From assembly GCA_002633005.1 (NCBI GenBank), contig NMRA01000251.1, positions 446,636 to 510,635 on the forward strand: a stretch of DNA of 64,000 nucleotides, read 5' to 3'. This document shows, piece by piece, positions 62,024 to 64,000 of this stretch. The position numbers and the translations under genes are program-made. This DNA is from Phoronis australis (Eukaryota; Animalia; Phoronida). Position 1 is the first letter of the stretch. Each line of letters begins with the position of its first letter. The notes under the pieces are model-generated. The model did not search any database. It was given only the letters and a program-made list of their open reading frames with translations, and had not been told where the DNA came from.

Positions 62024-64000
62024 CATATAAATAATAGCTCCCAGTTATAATAACAGTTGTCAACTTAATACAAGCCTGGAGATAATGACTTTGTTAACCC
62101 ACACCATGAACCATCAGCCAGCAACGAACATCCATATTATTCATAGCATTACATGACAACACCTGCGACCAACAAGCTACAGAAAAACAAATCCCCACAG
62201 TTTCATGCAAACTCAAGGTTTCTATCCGTGTGAGGATGGTCTCTAGACACCACAAATCCCGGTATTTTTCACAATTTTGTCATTGATGTGGGAAGGTTTT
62301 TTGGCAATTTTACAAATGAAATGGGTAATCATCTTAAAATTTGGTTACTGATTTTTGGGTCATTTTTTCAAACTAAGCTATCTGTATCTAACTAACACAG
62401 ATCTTACTCTCGACTTATGGAGCATACTTTATCCAAAATCTCCACACAACCATCAACCAGAATACAGCTAGGCACTGAAATGGGGATATAATTTGATCAA
62501 ACTAAAAATATCAATAAGTAACTTCAGTTCCAAAAAGTTGAAAATACAAAAAGATTTGGTTTAGACCACTTACTAAACTCGCACTAGACGTTCAATGCAT
62601 TAGCCAAACAGGCTAAAATTCTTCAGATATTACCGGGTATTAGCCAAACATTATGCTGTTTACCAATACCCCTTGAATGATAAAATGCGATGTTGCAGTG
62701 ATCACATCTTTTGTTATAACACGCCAATGGTTTTTTTACAAGAACACGTAGCAGCGAGTCTGTTATCTTCAGCTGGAATGAGAGTACAAAACCAGGCAAT
62801 TCTCCTTGTGGTAAACAAAAGTTGTTTTCGTAGCAAAAAACAATGACGTTCATGCACCACAGGCGGATCTCGGATGTTGCAATTACACTTATTAACAGAA
62901 ATGTCGGCATCGTTTTTTCCCGCCATTTGTGGAAGGGTAGGCGTAACTACCTATAGCTGCCTATGTCTAGAAAGGCCAATTTACTGAGCCTCAATACCAA
63001 GAATGATTAGCCTGTTCTTCCCCACAACTAAAAAGTAATTCAGCCTGTCCAAAGAACAAATTGCATCAACGTTACTGTTGCACAAGAGGTCCCATTCAAA
63101 ACTTGGTTGGTACCATAACAGGGCATAACTTTGCAATGTATGCCTGAAAATGAATTTGCAATTAAATAAAAAAATCCTGTCGCCACTGGTGATTACAGAG
63201 CATGGCTTCATAATTTTTTGAACGAATTATGAATTGATGTGATGTTAGCAGACAATAAAGTCAGGATGAATATCTTCTCAACAATATACAGAGCATGTGT
63301 AAGCCAAGGTTTAACCAGTAGACTCAATGGCATGAGCATGGTATAAAATTTCAAAAGGTAGTTTTTATTTTCATAATTATGCAACCGCAGGCACCAACTA
63401 CACTAACCACGGCATTTTCAAATAAGGTTAGCACTTAAAGTTATAGATTCGTACCCCTGGAATTGGCAGCATTTTCTTGTGTCTAGGTCACTATGGGTGT
63501 CCAAAGACTCTTTGGAAAAGTCCACAAGCTATACCCAGCTTGATGCTTTAAAATAAAGGTGCTTTTAGCAGCTTGCAACCATTGCAGATTATTACTTAAA
63601 GTTTATTTGAGTTCGGACATAAATAACCAGGGCGCTTGGCAGAATGCAACTTGGTGTTGATTGGTCGATGTCTAAGTTTTGCATAATGATGCCTGAAATT
63701 CAGTTTTCTGGTGAATAATTAGCATTAAAATACAGACGAGTACTGAATAATATGACTTATTTTTGATTCGGTATCACAAGTATTGCATAATGATATAACT
63801 GCCACAGCAATACTAGCGAGGTCTATGAGCCACTCGCGTAACAGCTTGTGTTTTCTGGTATCATGCTGAACTGTGCATATACTTAGATAGCTGTGTAGCC
63901 AATCTCATAATTATTTTAGCTTGCCTCAATTTTTTTGGCAGCCAGTTAAAAGTTGTCAGCAATCCATCTCAACGCATGCAGACACAGGAACTAAGAACAC

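Noticed and set aside
58036-64000. Search for the PRKD first coding exon
   Set aside because: No convincing candidate seen; it probably lies beyond the window.

Overview
AT-rich eukaryotic genomic DNA with spliceosomal introns, most consistent with a marine invertebrate. The single-exon ORF track misses most of the real gene structure. (1) Minus strand, 27.3-58.0 kb: 13 distinct internal exons of a protein kinase D (PRKD) gene, encoding the ubiquitin-like domain, C1a, C1b, acidic region, PH domain and kinase N-lobe. The first exon and the kinase C-lobe exons were not found in the window. (2) Plus strand, 2.7-7.5 kb and 14.6-24.2 kb: two paralogous spliced genes reconstructed by hand with in-phase GT-AG junctions. 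Each has an N-terminal RAIDD/caspase-2-like CARD followed by a coiled coil. Paralog 1 (578 aa) ends in a single CHORD/Btk-like Cys6His2 zinc module and carries NF-kB/AP-1 motifs upstream and AREs in its 3'UTR. Paralog 2 (about 685 aa) ends in a Q/S/N-rich disordered tail. Both appear to be nested antisense in a >27 kb PRKD intron. Other notable structure: a 4.4-kb tandem duplication of two PRKD C1 exons (probably uncollapsed haplotypes, but in frame and would build a third C1 domain); a minisatellite made from copies of a PRKD exon end plus its 5' splice site; Leu at the position of the conserved PH-domain Trp; a perfect 67-bp palindrome; and many MITE, Kolobok-like, HINE-like and THAP remnants. 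All domain and repeat calls are by eye; no database search was run.
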